A DNA stretch of 64,000 nucleotides from an uncultured Alphaproteobacteria bacterium (GCA_963815435.1 CAWFGZ010000042.1:24002-88001), one strand, 5' to 3'. Counted from the first letter of the stretch, positions 19,268-29,755 are shown. The notes: generated by a model from the sequence alone, not told the origin. A program made the numbers and translations.

Positions 19268-20434
19268 ATGCTTGCGAAACCCGAATCTGCCTGTTTCCTG
19301 ATTGCCGATATTTCGGGCTACACCGGCTATCTCGCCGGCGTCGAGCTTGACCACGCCCACGACATCATCGCTGACGTGATGGACACGGTGGTCCGGCGCC
19401 TGCGCCCGCCGTTCCGGCTCGCCAAGTTCGAAGGCGATGCAGCTTTTTGCTATGCGGTCGCCGACAAGATCGACGGATCGGTCCTCCAGGACGCCGTCGA
19501 GTCGGCCTATCTTGCGTTCCGCAAGCGGCTCCGCAACATCAAGCTGGCATCAGCCTGCGAGTGCCGCGCCTGCAGCCAGATGCAGGACCTCGACTTCAAA
19601 TTCGTCAGCCACCATGGCGAGTTCATCAAGCAGAGGATGGCCGGCCGCGAGGAGCTCGCCGGCCGCGATGTCATCCTCATTCATCGCCTTCTGAAGAACG
19701 CGGTCAACGAGCGCCTCGGCGGCCACGCCTATGCGCTGTATTCCGACGCTTGCATCCGGGCGATGAACATCGATCCGGTAGCGCAAGGTCTGGTCGAGCA
19801 CCGGGAGTCGATCGACATCATCGGCGAAGTGAAGTGCTGGGTGCGTGATCTGGAACAGGCATGGACGCAGGAGAACGACCGCCAGCGCAACGAAGTGGTC
19901 CGCGACAAGGCGTTCGCCGTGATCGAGTTCGACATCGCCGCGCCGCGTCCGACCGTCTGGGAATATTGGACCTCGCCTGGCCTGCGGCCGAAATGGCGCG
20001 GCGCCGATGAGGTGCGCGAGACGGCGGAAACCGGCCGGCGCGGGGTCGGCACCACCAACCACTGCATGCATGGCGCCCACACGATCATCGAAGAGGTGAT
20101 CGACTGGCGTCCGTTCGACTATCTGACCTTGACCACGCTGTTGCCCATGCCCGGCGCTCCCAAGGTGCTCATGACCCATGCCTTTTCGGAAGTCGTCGGC
20201 TCGGCGGACGCCGGTGGCCGCACGCACATCGAGATCCGCGTCGCCAAGCCCAAGCCGAAGGACCAGGCGTTCCTCGAGCAGGTCGGCGCAGAATTCCACA
20301 AGACCATCACGAGCGAAGTCGCAACCCTTCGACGGATGCTCGAAGGACAGGAAGGGGCCCCGGCGGCGGTCGAGGAACCCGCTCTCCCTTCATCGGCGGA
20401 GCGTTTCCGGACCCAACCCGTCAACGCCCCCTGA
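19268..20434 (+). CDS. DUF2652 (nucleotidyl-cyclase-like) domain fused to an SRPBCC/polyketide-cyclase-like domain
   Basis: N-terminal FLIADISGYTGYL...KFEGDAAFCY...FKFVSHHGEF resembles a class III cyclase-fold core. C-terminal ...FDIAAPRPTVWEYWTSPGLRPKWRG...DWRPFDYLT is SRPBCC-like. GGGAGGA lies 8 nt before the ATG at 19268. Confidence 0.7.
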   Translation: MLAKPESACFLIADISGYTGYLAGVELDHAHDIIADVMDTVVRRLRPPFRLAKFEGDAAFCYAVADKIDGSVLQDAVESAYLAFRKRLRNIKLASACECRACSQMQDLDFKFVSHHGEFIKQRMAGREELAGRDVILIHRLLKNAVNERLGGHAYALYSDACIRAMNIDPVAQGLVEHRESIDIIGEVKCWVRDLEQAWTQENDRQRNEVVRDKAFAVIEFDIAAPRPTVWEYWTSPGLRPKWRGADEVRETAETGRRGVGTTNHCMHGAHTIIEEVIDWRPFDYLTLTTLLPMPGAPKVLMTHAFSEVVGSADAGGRTHIEIRVAKPKPKDQAFLEQVGAEFHKTITSEVATLRRMLEGQEGAPAAVEEPALPSSAERFRTQPVNAP

Positions 20435-20472
20435 CCAGTCGACCTGACCGATATTCCCGGGCGAGCTCTGGC

Positions 20473-20542
20473 TGTCGCAAGAATGCGACACTCAGGAACA
20501 AAGTGGCGCATTTTTGCGCCAGGGGTGGAGCATTCTTGCTCC
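20473..20542. other. three consecutive short hairpins/palindromes of the form xGCA-N4-TGCx
   Basis: TGTCGCA-agaa-TGCGACA (20473-20490), TGGCGCA-tttt-TGCGCCA (20504-20521) and GGAGCA-ttct-TGCTCC (20527-20542), in a convergent intergenic region. Confidence 0.35.
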
Positions 20543-20738
20543 AGTTGCAGCATCCAATGTCCGATCGACCGGCGCATTGACTTCACGGCCAGACAGCTCA
20601 TCCAGAGCCCGACCAAGCGCTGCTTTGCAGCGCGGATAGGCTCATAATGCTCGAGCGCAATCTTCTGGACAGCATTGCGCGATCTCGCGAGTTTGACTGT
20701 CCACGAAGGCCGCGCTATCCGGGCGCGGCCGCAGCCGG

Positions 20739-21018
20739 TCAGGCTGCCGCGCGCTGCTTCTCCGACCACAGCACCTGGGTCACGGTGACCACCCGGTCAA
20801 GGCGGCGCGCGATCTGCTCGGCCTGACCGCGGGGCAGGCCTGCCACCTGGACATCGACCACCAGCAGGTCCTCGTCGCTTTCCAGCTGCGCGCTGTGGCA
20901 GCGCGTTCGGGATCACGCCGAACAGGCTGAACACCCCGAGGATGCGGAGCAGGGCCGAAGGATCGGCGGCGGAAAAGACCGAGAAGCAGTCAACCCGTTG
21001 CGGGCTTGGCGACGACAT
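20739..21018 (-). pseudogene. small hypothetical protein (about 92 aa), one frameshift
   Basis: The ATG at 21018 gives MSSPSPQRVDCFSVFSAADPSALLRILGVFSLFGVIP. The frame then changes near 20890 to ...QLESDEDLLVVDVQVAGLPRGQAEQIARRLDRVVTVTQVLWSEKQRAAA*. The 280-nt length is not a multiple of 3. Confidence 0.4.
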
Positions 21019-21194
21019 GGCGACGATCCCCTTCGCAGGCATGAGCAGGACGAACAGCGACATCCCGACCTCCGATCGAGGTCGGGCGGCTAATTCGCGC
21101 GCCCTGCCGGCGAAGCTGGATCGTCATCGTCATGGTCAGGGATAGTACCGATTCGGCGTCCGCAGATCAAGCGAATCGCTGCGCCGACCGCGGC

Positions 21195-21888
21195 TCAGCC
21201 GCTGCGCAGCGGCACGAAGGCGACGGCAAACAGGGTCTGTTGACGGGTGTGGCCTTCGACGTCCTTCTCGATCAGGAGCAGGTCCTGGCTGAACGGATCG
21301 CCGCCGACCGGGATCACCATCCGACCGCCGCGCTTCAGCTGCTCGACCAGAGCGGGCGGGACCGAGCGCGCGGCCGCGGTCACCAGGATCGCATCGAACG
21401 GCGCCCGCTCCGGGCAGCCGGCCGCACCGTCGCCGAGATGGCACTCGACGTTTCGATAGCCGAGCTCGGCGAGCCTGGCCTTGGCGTCGCGCGGCCAGCG
21501 CCTCGAGCACCTCGATCGTGACCACCTCGGCGGCCAGTTCGGCCAGGACCGCCGTCTGATAGCCCGAGCCGGTGCCGACCTCGAGCACGCGCGCCTCCGG
21601 CCGGAGCTGCAGCAGATGGGTCATCACCGCGACCATCAGCGGCTGCGAGATGGTCTGACCATGGCCGATCGGCAGTGGCTGGTTGTCATACGCGCGCGGG
21701 GCCAGATCGGGCGGCACGAAGCGCTCGCGCGGCACCTCGAGCATGGCGGCGCGGACCCGCGGATCGAGCGTGCGGCTGCCGTTGCCGATGCCGAACCAGC
21801 TGATCTCGCGCTCGATGGTCTCGAGCATGCTCCGGCGGGCCGGCGCGAGATCGGCCCCGCTCGGTCCGTCGTCCGGATCGCTCGCCAT
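21195..21888 (-). pseudogene. pcm: protein-L-isoaspartate O-methyltransferase, one frameshift
   Basis: PRERFVP...[22 protein letters not shown]....[17 protein letters not shown] (SAM motif). The frame changes near 21480. The C-terminus [26 protein letters not shown]... is in the frame of track ORF 21195..21383. Confidence 0.85.
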
Positions 21889-21890
21889 GG

Positions 21891-22381
21891 TCAGACCGGC
21901 AGTTCGGCGCCCAGGAGCTGGCGGAGGTAGTCGAGGCCGGTCTGCGACACCCGATAGCGCCCCTGGTGCCTGAACACGCGCTTGGCGGCGACATTCTGGC
22001 GCACGGATTGCGAGGGATTGCCGATCTTGATGCCCTGCTCGGTCAGCAGGTCGTTGGCCTCGCCGGTGCTGAACGACTTGTCGGGGCTGCGCAGATGGGC
22101 GAAGTAGCCGGCGGCCAGCATGCGGTCGACGTCGCTCGCCGAGCGCGGCAGTTGATGCAGCATCTCGCCGAAGGTCTGGGCCGCGGGTCGAGGTGCGGCC
22201 GCCGCGGGCGCCGCTGCGCGGCGCGACCGCGCGCGGGCGCGACCTCCCTGGTCGGATCGCTCAGTCCATCGAGCAGGGCGTCGAACCGCTCGGCGTAGGC
22301 CTTGACGAAGCGCTCGCTGCCCTCGACCTCGAACTCCCGTTGCGACAGATTGATCCTGAGCCTCGCCCGCTGCTCGTCCAC
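21891..22381 (-). pseudogene. hypothetical protein (about 163 aa), one frameshift; 2 nt upstream of pcm
   Basis: GTG at 22381 (GGGGAGATTCC GTG): VDEQRARLRINLSQREFEVEGSERFVKAYAERFDALLDGL... The C-terminal part, [83 protein letters not shown], is in another frame. Confidence 0.4.
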
Positions 22382-22500
22382 GGAATCTCCCCGGCGCGCG
22401 CCGTCCGGCGCAACGGATTGCGGCGCCAGGCAACTTAGCGGTGGCCGCGCCATCGTACGCAAGCCGATCGCCCCGGAGCGCGATGGAGAGGGCGCGCGCG

Positions 22501-22944
22501 TCAATCCGTCTCGGCGAGCAGCCGTGCGAGAGCGGCGCGGATCGGCTCCGGGATCGGCGCCGGGCGCTCGCTCGCCCGCTCGACGAAGACGTGCACGAAG
22601 TAGCCGTCGGCGGCAGCCGCATCATCATCGTTGCCGAAGATGCCGATCTCGTAGCGCACGCTGGAGCGGCCGAGCCGGGTCACCTTGAGCCCCGCCGTGA
22701 TCCGGTCGGGGAAACGCAGGCCGCGGCGAAAGCGGCAGCCGCTCTCGACACAGAAGCCGATCACCTCGTCGGTCCAGGGCACGAGACCGCCTTCGCCCAT
22801 CAGATAGTGCGCGATCGCGGTATCGAAGTAGCTGTAATAATTGACGTTGTTGACGTGACCGTAGATGTCGTTGTCGAGCCAGCGGCTCGGCACCTCGTAG
22901 AAGACCCGGTAGTCGGCGCGCCGGGGCGGCTGGTCGCGATGCAT
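22501..22944 (-). CDS. acyl-CoA thioesterase (4HBT/hotdog fold, YbgC-like)
   Basis: 147 aa from the ATG at 22944: ...[28 protein letters not shown]... (hotdog thioesterase signature). Confidence 0.8.
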   Translation of the reverse strand: MHRDQPPRRADYRVFYEVPSRWLDNDIYGHVNNVNYYSYFDTAIAHYLMGEGGLVPWTDEVIGFCVESGCRFRRGLRFPDRITAGLKVTRLGRSSVRYEIGIFGNDDDAAAADGYFVHVFVERASERPAPIPEPIRAALARLLAETD

Positions 22945-22982
22945 GACGGCCTCCGGGCCAGGGGCGGGCGCTGGTGGTCGGA

Positions 22983-24338
22983 TCAGGCGGAGAAACGGCG
23001 CTCGATCATGGCGAGGAGGGCGCGGAGCGCGGTCGCCTCGCCGCCCTTCGGCCGGCCCGGCTTCGCCTCCGGGTTCCAGGCGAAGATGTCGAGATGCGCC
23101 CAGGTCGCGGTCTCGGTGACGAACTCCTCGAGGAACAGGGCCGCGGTGATGGCGCCGGCGAAGCTGCCCTTGCCGGCGTTGTTGATGTCGGCGATCGGGC
23201 TGTCGAGCAGCTCGCGGTAGGGGGCGTGCAGCGGCAGGCGCCAGAGCGGCTCGAAGGTCGCCCGGCCCGCCGCGAGCAGCTCGTCGGCCAGCGCGTCGTC
23301 GGGCGTGAACAGCGCCGGCAGATCGGGGCCGAGCGCCACCCGCGCGGCGCCGGTCAGCGTCGCGCAGTCGATCATGAGCTCGGGCCGCTCGCGGTCGCCT
23401 TCGGCTCAGCAGATCGGCCAGCACCAGCCGGCCTTCGGCATCGGTGTTGCCGATCTCGACGCTGAGCCCCTTGCGGGTCGCGAGGATGTCGCCCGGGCGG
23501 AAGGCGCTGCCGCGCGACGCTGTTCTCGACCGCGCCGATCAGCAGCCGGAGGCGCACCGGCAGCTTCAGCTCCATGATCGCCTGAGCGAGCGCCAGGGTC
23601 ACCGCGGCGCCGCCCATGTCCTTCTTCATCAGCAGCATGTTCTGCGAGGTCTTGAGGTCGAGCCCGCCGGTGTCGAAGCAGACGCCCTTGCCGACCAGGG
23701 TGACTTTCGGCGCGGCGCGGCTTGCCCCAGACCAGCTCGATCAGGCGCGGCGCGCGCGGGCTGGCGCGGCCGACCGCGTGGATCGCCGGGTAGTTCTCGG
23801 CGAGCAGCGCATCGCCCTCGATCGTGCGGAAACTCGGCGCCGTAGCGCGCGGCGACCGTGCGCGCGGCATCGGCGAGCTCGGCCGGGCCGAGATCCGAGG
23901 CGGGCGTGTTGATCAGATCGCGCGCCAGCCAGACCGCCTCGGCGATGACATTGGCGCGCCCGATCTCGGCGCCCTCTTCGAGCGGCGAGACGAGGCTCGG
24001 GCTTCTTGTCGTCGTTCTTCCGGTAGCGATCGAACCGATAGCTGGCGAGCGCCCAGCCGAGCGCTGCCTGGGCGCGATCGAGCTCGCCCTCGTCTGGTTC
24101 CAGATGCCAGGTCCCGGCCGGCAGCCGCCCCCGAAGCGCGGCGAAATCCCAAGGCTCCGGCGGATCGCTCAGGATCAGGAGCGCCGCTTCGGGCGCGCCA
24201 TCGGTCCCGGGCATCACGATCGCGCGCGCGGCTTTCGCTTCGAAGCCGGACCCTCGAGCCACGCCCGGACGCGCCCCGGCTGGCCGGCGAGCCAGTCGTC
24301 GTAGCGGGCGCGGGCGACCACCCGGACCGGGCGGGCGT
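22983..24338 (-). pseudogene. M17 leucyl aminopeptidase family protein, about 6 frameshifts
   Basis: Pieces in all three frames: ...[77 protein letters not shown] and [17 protein letters not shown] (M17 catalytic motifs). Start at 24338. Confidence 0.8.
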
Positions 24339-24388
24339 CCGGGCTCATCTCGGGGCGCGAAGCAGCTGCAGCATGGCCTTCGTCCGCG

Positions 24389-27047
24389 CTAGGAAGCGAT
24401 CCGGGCGAGCGCCGCTTCGAGCTTCTGGCGGGTCTGCTCGGCCTCGGCGCGGCGCGCGCGCTGCGTCTCGATCACCTCGGCGGGCGCGCGCTCGAGAAAG
24501 CTCGTGATCGGCGAGCTTCTGATCGAAGCGCTCGATCTCGGCCCGCGCCCTGGCGAGCTCCTTGCCGAGCCGCTGGCGCTCCTGCTCGAGATCGATCACC
24601 CCGGCGAGCGGTAGGGCGAAGGTCGCCTCGTCGACCACGACCTGAAGCGAGCCCTGCGGCACAGGCGCCTCGGTCGGCTCGATCTCGGCGAGGCGGGCGA
24701 GGCGGAGGAGCGCGTCGCGATGGCGCGCGAGCCGCGCCCGGTCGCGGCGCCGGCATCGCGGACCTTGAGCGGTCAGCTTGGCGGCGGGCGGCACGCCGAG
24801 CTCGCTGCGCGCGGCGCGGAGCGCGCTGATCGCGCGGATCAGCCAGTCGAGCTCGGCCTCGGCCTCGGGATCGATCAGCTCGCCGCCGAGCTCGGGCCAG
24901 CGCGCGCCGATCAGCAGCCCGCCCGGCGCGCCATAGCGTCGCTCCCAAAGCTCCTCGGTGACGAAGGGCGTGAGCGGGTGCAGCAGATGCAGCAGCTGCG
25001 CCAGCACCCAGGCGGCGGTCGCGCGCGTCTCGGCCTTGGCCGCCTCGTCCTCGCCGGCCAGGAGCGGCTTCGCGAGCTCGAGATACCAGTCGCAGAACTC
25101 GTCCCAGGTGAAGTGGTAGAGCGCGGCCGCGGCTTCGTTGAAGCGATAGCCCTCGAGGGCGGCGCGGGTCCGATCGGCCGCCTGGGCGAGCTTGCTGATC
25201 GACCCAGCGATTGACGATCTCGCGGCAGCGCGCCGGGCTCGAAGGCCGGATCCGGATCGCAGCTCGTTCATCTCGCAGAAGCGCGCCGCGTTCCAGAGCT
25301 TGGTGGCGAAGTTGCGGTAGCCCTGCGACGCGGCCCTCGCCGAGCTTGACGTCGCGGCCCTGCACGGTGCTGGCCAGGAGCGTGAAGCGCAGCGCGTCGG
25401 CGCCATATTCGTCGATCAGCTCGAGCGGATCGATGACGTTGCCCTTGGTCTTCGACATCTTCTGGCCGCGCTCGTCGCGCACCAGGCCGTGGATGTAGAC
25501 CTCGCGGAACGGCACCTCGCCCATGAAGTGCAGGCCCATCATCATCATCCGGGCGACCCAGAAGAAGATGATGTCGAAGCCGGTGACGAGCACGCTGGTC
25601 GGGTAGAAGCGCGCGAGCTCCGGGGTGCGCTCCGGCCAGCCGAGCGTCGAGAACGGCCAGAGCGCCGGAGGAGAACCAGGTGTCGAGCACGTCCTCGTCG
25701 CGCCGCAGCTCGACCGGCCGGCCGTAGTGCTGCGCCGCCTGCTCCGCCGCCTCGGCCTCGTCCATGGCGACGAAGATCTCGCCGTCCGGGCCGTACCAGG
25801 CCGGGATCTGATGGCCCCACCAGAGCTGGCGCGAGATGCACCAGGGCTGGATGTTGCGCATCCACTCGAAGTAGGTGCTCTCCCACTGCCTGGGCACGAA
25901 GCTGGTGCGGCCCTGCTCGACCGCGTCGATCGCCGGCCCGGCCAGGGTCTTGGCGTCGGCGTACCACTGATCGGTGAGCAGCGGCTCGACCGGCGTCTCG
26001 GAGCGCTGGCCGTAGGGCACGACGTGCCGGATCGGCTCGATCTTCTCGATCAGCCCCGCGCCTCGAGGTCGGCGAGCACGCGCTCGCGGGCGACGAAGCG
26101 GTCGAGGCCGCGATAGGCCTCCGGCACCTGATCGTTGAGCCGGCCGTCGCCGTCCATGATGTTGATCATCTCGAGCCCGTGGCGCCGGCCGACCTCGAAG
26201 TCGTTGAAGTCGTGGCCGGGCGTGATCTTGACCGCGCCGGTGCCCTTCTCCGGATCGGCATACGCGTCGGCGACGATCGGCAGGCGCCGGCCGACCAGCG
26301 GCAGGATGGCGTGCCGGCCGACCAGGTCCCTATAGCGCGCATCGTCGGGATGCACCGCGACGCCGGTGTCGCCGAGCATCGTCTCCGGCCGGGTCGTCGC
26401 CACGGTGATGTGGCGGCCGCTTCGCGCCCTCGATCGGATAGCGGATGTGCCAGAGCCGGCCGTCGACCTCGGTCTGCTCGACCTCGAGGTCGGAGATCGC
26501 GGTCTGCAGCTGGCAGTCCCAGTTGACCAGCCGCTTGTCCTTGTAGATCAGCCCCGCGCGGTGCAGCTCGACGAAGACCTTGCGGACCGCGAGCGAGAGC
26601 CCCTCGTCCATGGTGAAGCGCTCGCGCGACCAGTCGGCCGAGGCGCCGAGGCGGCGCAGCTGCTGGCTGATCGTGCCGCCGGACTGCGCCTTCCACTTCC
26701 AGACCCGCTCGACGAACTTCTCGCGGCCCGAGCTCGCGCCGCGTCGTTGCCCTCGCTTGCGCGAGCTCGCGCTCGACCACCATCTGGGTCGCGATGCCGG
26801 CATGGTCCGTGCCCGGCTGCCAGAGCACCGCGCGCCCCAGCATGCGGTGAAAGCGGATCAGGGCGTCCTGGATCGTGTTGTTGAGCGCGTGGCCCATGTG
26901 CAGGCTGCCGGTGACGTTCGGCGGCGGGATGACGATGCAGTAGGGCTCTGCGCCCGGATCGCCGCGCGGCGCAAAGTAACCGCCGTCCTCCCACAGGCGG
27001 TCGAACTTGGCCTCCACCTCGGCCGGTCGATAGGTCTTGTCCAGCAT
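24389..27047 (-). pseudogene. valS: valine--tRNA ligase, about 10 frameshifts
   Basis: [41 protein letters not shown] (HIGH), [65 protein letters not shown] (KMSKS), and a coiled-coil C-terminus ending ...KLEAALARIAS*. The pieces are spread over track ORFs 26166..27140, 26330..26803, 26050..26403, 25268..26020, 24472..25593 and 24345..25406. Confidence 0.9.
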
Positions 27048-27200
27048 CGCTGAACCATCCCGCAACACGGAACCGCGCAATGACCGACGCGCCGCCGCGC
27101 GCCGGGTCAGGGCTATAGGGGAATTCGCCTCAGCGGGCAAGGCGGGGGCGTGGTACCGCGCCGCAGCGGCGTCATGCGGCGCCGCAGCGGACGCTCGAAA

Positions 27201-27685
27201 TCAATCTTGCCCAGCTCCGCCAAGTTCTTCTGTTGCGAGGCTATTAGCTGACTGCCAGTCGTCCCCGACGAAAGGTCGCTCGTAGAACACCCAAGGTACC
27301 CGGAGTACCGGGATAGCCTTGCCTTCAACTACTACGAATACGTCTCCTGCCTCTACACCTTCGAGGTGATGTGCCGCTTCCAAAGGTAACCCCTGGAGCA
27401 CGTGGGCCGCAGAAAATCCCCCCTTCGAATTTGATCCCTTCAAAGGAGGTCTTTTCGTTGAACGATATACGCTCCAACGTTGCGCCACGTAAGTCCGCTT
27501 GCTTGAGTTGAGCCCCATCCAATATAGCCGCCGAGAGGTTTGCGTCGACGAGCCTCGCCCCGTCGAGTATGGCCTCTTTGAGATTTGCATTGTGAAGATC
27601 CGCCTGCGTGGGGATCCGCATTTCTCATATCGCAACCGGATAGGTTCGCTCTAGCCAGCTGCGCACCGGTAAGATCAAACCCCTG
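27201..27685 (-). pseudogene. pentapeptide-repeat protein remnant (2 frameshifts, no own start codon)
   Basis: Hand translation directly after the TAG of the upstream ORF gives QGFDLTGAQLARANLSGCDMRNADP / ADLHNANLKEAILDGARLVDANLSAAILDGAQLKQADLRGATLERISF... (A(D/N)LxG-type pentapeptides). A third frame follows (..VEAGDVFVVVEGKAIPVLRVPWVFYERPFVGDDW..). GC is about 50%. Confidence 0.55.
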
Positions 27686-28240
27686 CTAGATCTTCGTTAT
27701 TCCGGCGCAGAGGCGCCGTAGCTCCTGAACGTGAACGACTGGCTTGCCAAACGTATCAGACAATGCAACCTTGGTCCCCGCCTCACCCTTTAAAGTCATC
27801 TTGGCAGAGGTCTTGATATTCGTGATGCCAACAGTCGGATCGACATTCACCTCGGGGCCAAACTCCACTCCCTTTGAGCTGGACTTTGTAGTTTCTTTGG
27901 TGTAGCCGTGAGTTCCTTCGGACACCACGTTGATCTCAAAGCTGAACTTCCGTCCTTCGGTCGGAAACAAGACGTTTGTTAGACCCCAAAACGAGAGCCA
28001 GCCTCTGCTAATACCGAAGTTAGCACGTATTCGATTGCACCAGAGGCCGCCAAATCTCGGGTCCTCGATCGATAGCCACATATCTGAAAAGGTTACATTC
28101 AATTTCAGGGCAAGTCGCGTCTCGTCCTTTAGCATCTTGCTTATCGGGAGTTCAAGTCGGACACACTTGTCGAAGATGTTGTAAATCTCGACCTTCGGTG
28201 GAGCGTGCTGACAACTAAGCACATGCAACATAGTGTTCAA
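27686..28240 (-). CDS. orphan protein (184 aa), in frame with the downstream pentapeptide remnant across a TAG
   Basis: Track ORF in the low-GC islet: ...IYNIFDKCVRLELPISKMLKDETRLALKLNVTFSDMWLSIEDPRFGGLWCN...GVEFGPEVNVDPTVGITNIKTSAKMTLKGEAGTKVALS. Beta-rich, no TM, no SD seen. Family not recognised. Confidence 0.45.
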   Translation of the reverse strand: MNTMLHVLSCQHAPPKVEIYNIFDKCVRLELPISKMLKDETRLALKLNVTFSDMWLSIEDPRFGGLWCNRIRANFGISRGWLSFWGLTNVLFPTEGRKFSFEINVVSEGTHGYTKETTKSSSKGVEFGPEVNVDPTVGITNIKTSAKMTLKGEAGTKVALSDTFGKPVVHVQELRRLCAGITKI

Positions 28241-28263
28241 TCAGCGCGACGAAGGGCCGGTCT

Positions 28264-28290
28264 CGCGCTGAGACCGGCCCGCCATCGGGG
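28264..28290 (-). terminator. strong hairpin GGGCCGGTCTC-gcgct-GAGACCGGCCC
   Basis: Perfect 11-bp stem, 237 nt downstream of the ilvA stop and just upstream of the 184-aa ORF. The U-tract is weak. Confidence 0.35.
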
Positions 28291-28526
28291 GAGTAGAGGA
28301 AAGGCAGGCGACCGGGGGCACGACCATCGAGCCCGCCGCAGATCCGCTCGTCAGGGCCGACGACAGGCAATATTCGAGACGGGGCGTTGCTCTCGCCTGG
28401 CGTACGATCCCGTTCTGCAGAGCTCGTCGACGCCGCGGATTGTGTCTTGCGCATGTAAATCTGAGATGAAGATTTATCGTTTAGTTTTTCTGACTTGAGA
28501 ATTGAAGAATTTGCGGGATATTGATT

Positions 28527-29755
28527 TCAGAATCCGGCGCCGCCCGAGCCTTCCAGGATGCGGACGTCGAAGCCCGCGGCGCGCAGCGCGGTGATGACCT
28601 CGTTGGCGTGGGCGGCGTTGCGGGTCTCGACGATGAAGTTGACCTCGGTCGACTTGACCGAGAGCGGCGAGAAGGCGCGCTGATGCTCGACCTCGAGGAT
28701 GTTGCCGCCGGCTTCGCCGATCAGGGCGGCGGCCCGGGCGAGGTTGCCCGGCGCATCCGGCATGCCGACCTGGAGCGAGATCAGGCGCTTGGAGTGCACC
28801 AGGCCGCGCAGGATCACCACCGAAAGCAGGCGCAGGTCGATGTTGCCGCCGCAGAGGATCAGGCCGACGTGGCGGCCGGCGAAGCGCTCGCGATAGGTCG
28901 TCACCGCGGCGAGGCCGGCGGCACCGGCGCCCTCGACCACCAGCTTCTCGACCTCGAGCAGCGTGAGGATCGCCTCCTCGATCGCGTCCTCCTCGACCAG
29001 CAGGATGTCGTCGACCAGGGCCTTGACGATCGGCAGGGTCAGCTGGCCCGGCCGCTTGACCGCGATGCCCTCGGCGATGGTCGGCCGGAGCGGCGCCTCG
29101 GGCAGGCCGGCGCGCTTGCGGTACATCGAGGGGCAGGCCGCCGCCTGGACGCCGATGATCTCGATCTCGGGCTTCATCGCCTTGGCCGCGGTCGCGACGC
29201 CCGACGATCAGCCCGCCGCCGCCGATCGGCACCACCAGCACGTCGAGCTCGGGGACGTCGGCCAGCATCTCGAGCGCGATCGTGCCCTGGCCGGCGATGA
29301 TCGCCGGATCGTCGTAGGGGTGGATGAAGGTGAGATCGCGCTCGGCCGCGAGCTTGCGCGCATAGTCGGCGGCCTCGTCGACCGAATCGCCCTCGAGCAC
29401 GACCCTGGCGCCGAACTGGCTGGTCTTCTCGACCTTCACGAACGGCGTCAGGCGCGGCATCACGATCGTCGCCGGGATGCCGAGGCGGGTCGCGTGGTAG
29501 GCCACGCCCTGGGCGTGGTTGCCGGCCGACATGGCGATCACGCCGCGCGCCCGCTCCTCGTCGCGAGAGACTGGCGAGCTTGACCAGCGCGCCGCGGTCC
29601 TTGAACGAGGAGCTGTGCTGCAGGGTCTCGAGCTTGAGCGCGATCTCGGCGCCCAGCACCTCCGAGAGCCGCGCCGAGCGCAGGCAGGGCGTGCGGACGA
29701 CCTGGCCGTCGAGGACCTCGGCCGCGGCCTCGATATCGGCGAGCGTGACCGCCAT
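28527..29755 (-). pseudogene. ilvA: threonine ammonia-lyase (threonine dehydratase), 2 frameshifts
   Basis: [15 protein letters not shown] (PLP-Lys motif), [23 protein letters not shown] and a C-terminal ACT-like regulatory domain (..[11 protein letters not shown]...). The frame changes near 29570 and 29190. Confidence 0.85.

Noticed and set aside
28215-28454. 79-aa minus-strand ORF between ilvA and the 184-aa orphan (possibly an N-terminal extension of the orphan)
   Set aside because: It has high-GC, low-complexity composition, runs straight through the 11-bp hairpin at 28264-28290, and has no SD. It is more likely non-coding spacer.
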